Assembly (NCBI RefSeq): GCF_964213995.1
Contig: NC_135830.1
Coordinates: 8,308,001-8,372,000 of the forward strand
From: Mustelus asterias
Lineage: Eukaryota
DNA: 64,000 nt
Direction of reading: 5' to 3'
Positions 63,621-64,000 of this stretch are shown here, in pieces. Both the position numbers and the translations under genes were made by a program. Under the pieces are notes generated by a model that worked only from the letters and a program-made list of their open reading frames with translations, ran no database searches and was not told where the DNA came from. Position 1 is the first letter of the stretch; every line of letters starts with the position of its first letter.

Positions 63621-63780
63621 CCGGAACACCAACAATCGCCAGGAGGGGATAGTAAAAGTGTTGAATCACTTTCAGTAGATATTCAAACCGAACAGCTGAT
63701 GTTATCCACCAACCATCTGTAGTAAACCAATAAATCGAATCGAATAAACTCCTGTCCTTAACAGGAAGATTCCAATCCAT
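63621..63780 (-). CDS. GPR139/GPR142-like class A GPCR, exon 1
   Basis: MDWNLPV..FYYPLLAIVGVP (53 codons + 1 nt) then GTAAGT donor; phase 1 joins exon 2 in frame (GVP-V-NII), giving 353 aa with an 11.8-kb intron. Confidence 0.9.
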
Positions 63781-64000
63781 TGTACTCAGATTCTGATCTC
63801 TCCTCTCCCTCCCTCTCTCTCCACAGCCGCTGATCTCTGTTAGTGTCGGAGTTGTCGCTCCCGCTCACTCAATGGGACAACACATTGAACGGAATCCCTT
63901 ATTAATAGAAGAGGGAATCCGTCCAGGCACACTAATCGGATCCATGGAGACTCACATCAATTACAGTCACTAAACAAACAGCTTCACTTAACCCCCTCCA

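Noticed and set aside
19123-64000. D or J segments and constant exons
   Set aside because: No convincing 12-bp RSS, FGxG J motif with donor, or C1 domain found by eye

Overview
Eukaryotic, repeat-dense DNA whose LINE/SINE families and genes point to a cartilaginous fish (shark). Most of the window is CR1-clade LINEs (many nested or decayed), plus Rex/Babar, Tx1/L1, a Penelope-like element carrying hammerhead-ribozyme motifs, a Gypsy remnant and tRNA-derived SINEs. Host content on the + strand is part of a T-cell receptor alpha/delta V array: one apparently functional V (leader 15988-16027, V exon 16142-16450, 23-bp-spacer RSS with a perfect heptamer), two V pseudogenes (10768-11073 and 18473-18919) and an orphan V promoter (about 21652-21710). 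On the - strand lie an intact two-exon GPR139/GPR142-like class A GPCR (exon 1 63780-63621, exon 2 51829-50928, 353 aa) and a duplicated, pseudogenised exon 1 (34695-34040) with an 11-unit N-terminal repeat expansion. Most notable observations: a non-coding motif conserved about 100-135 bp downstream of all three RSSs; a triplicated octamer/CCAAT/ETS module in place of one V leader; the GPCR family sitting 3' of the V segments; and a Tx1 element inserted into the tRNA head of a SINE. All coordinates and family assignments were made by eye, with no database searches, and repeat boundaries are approximate.
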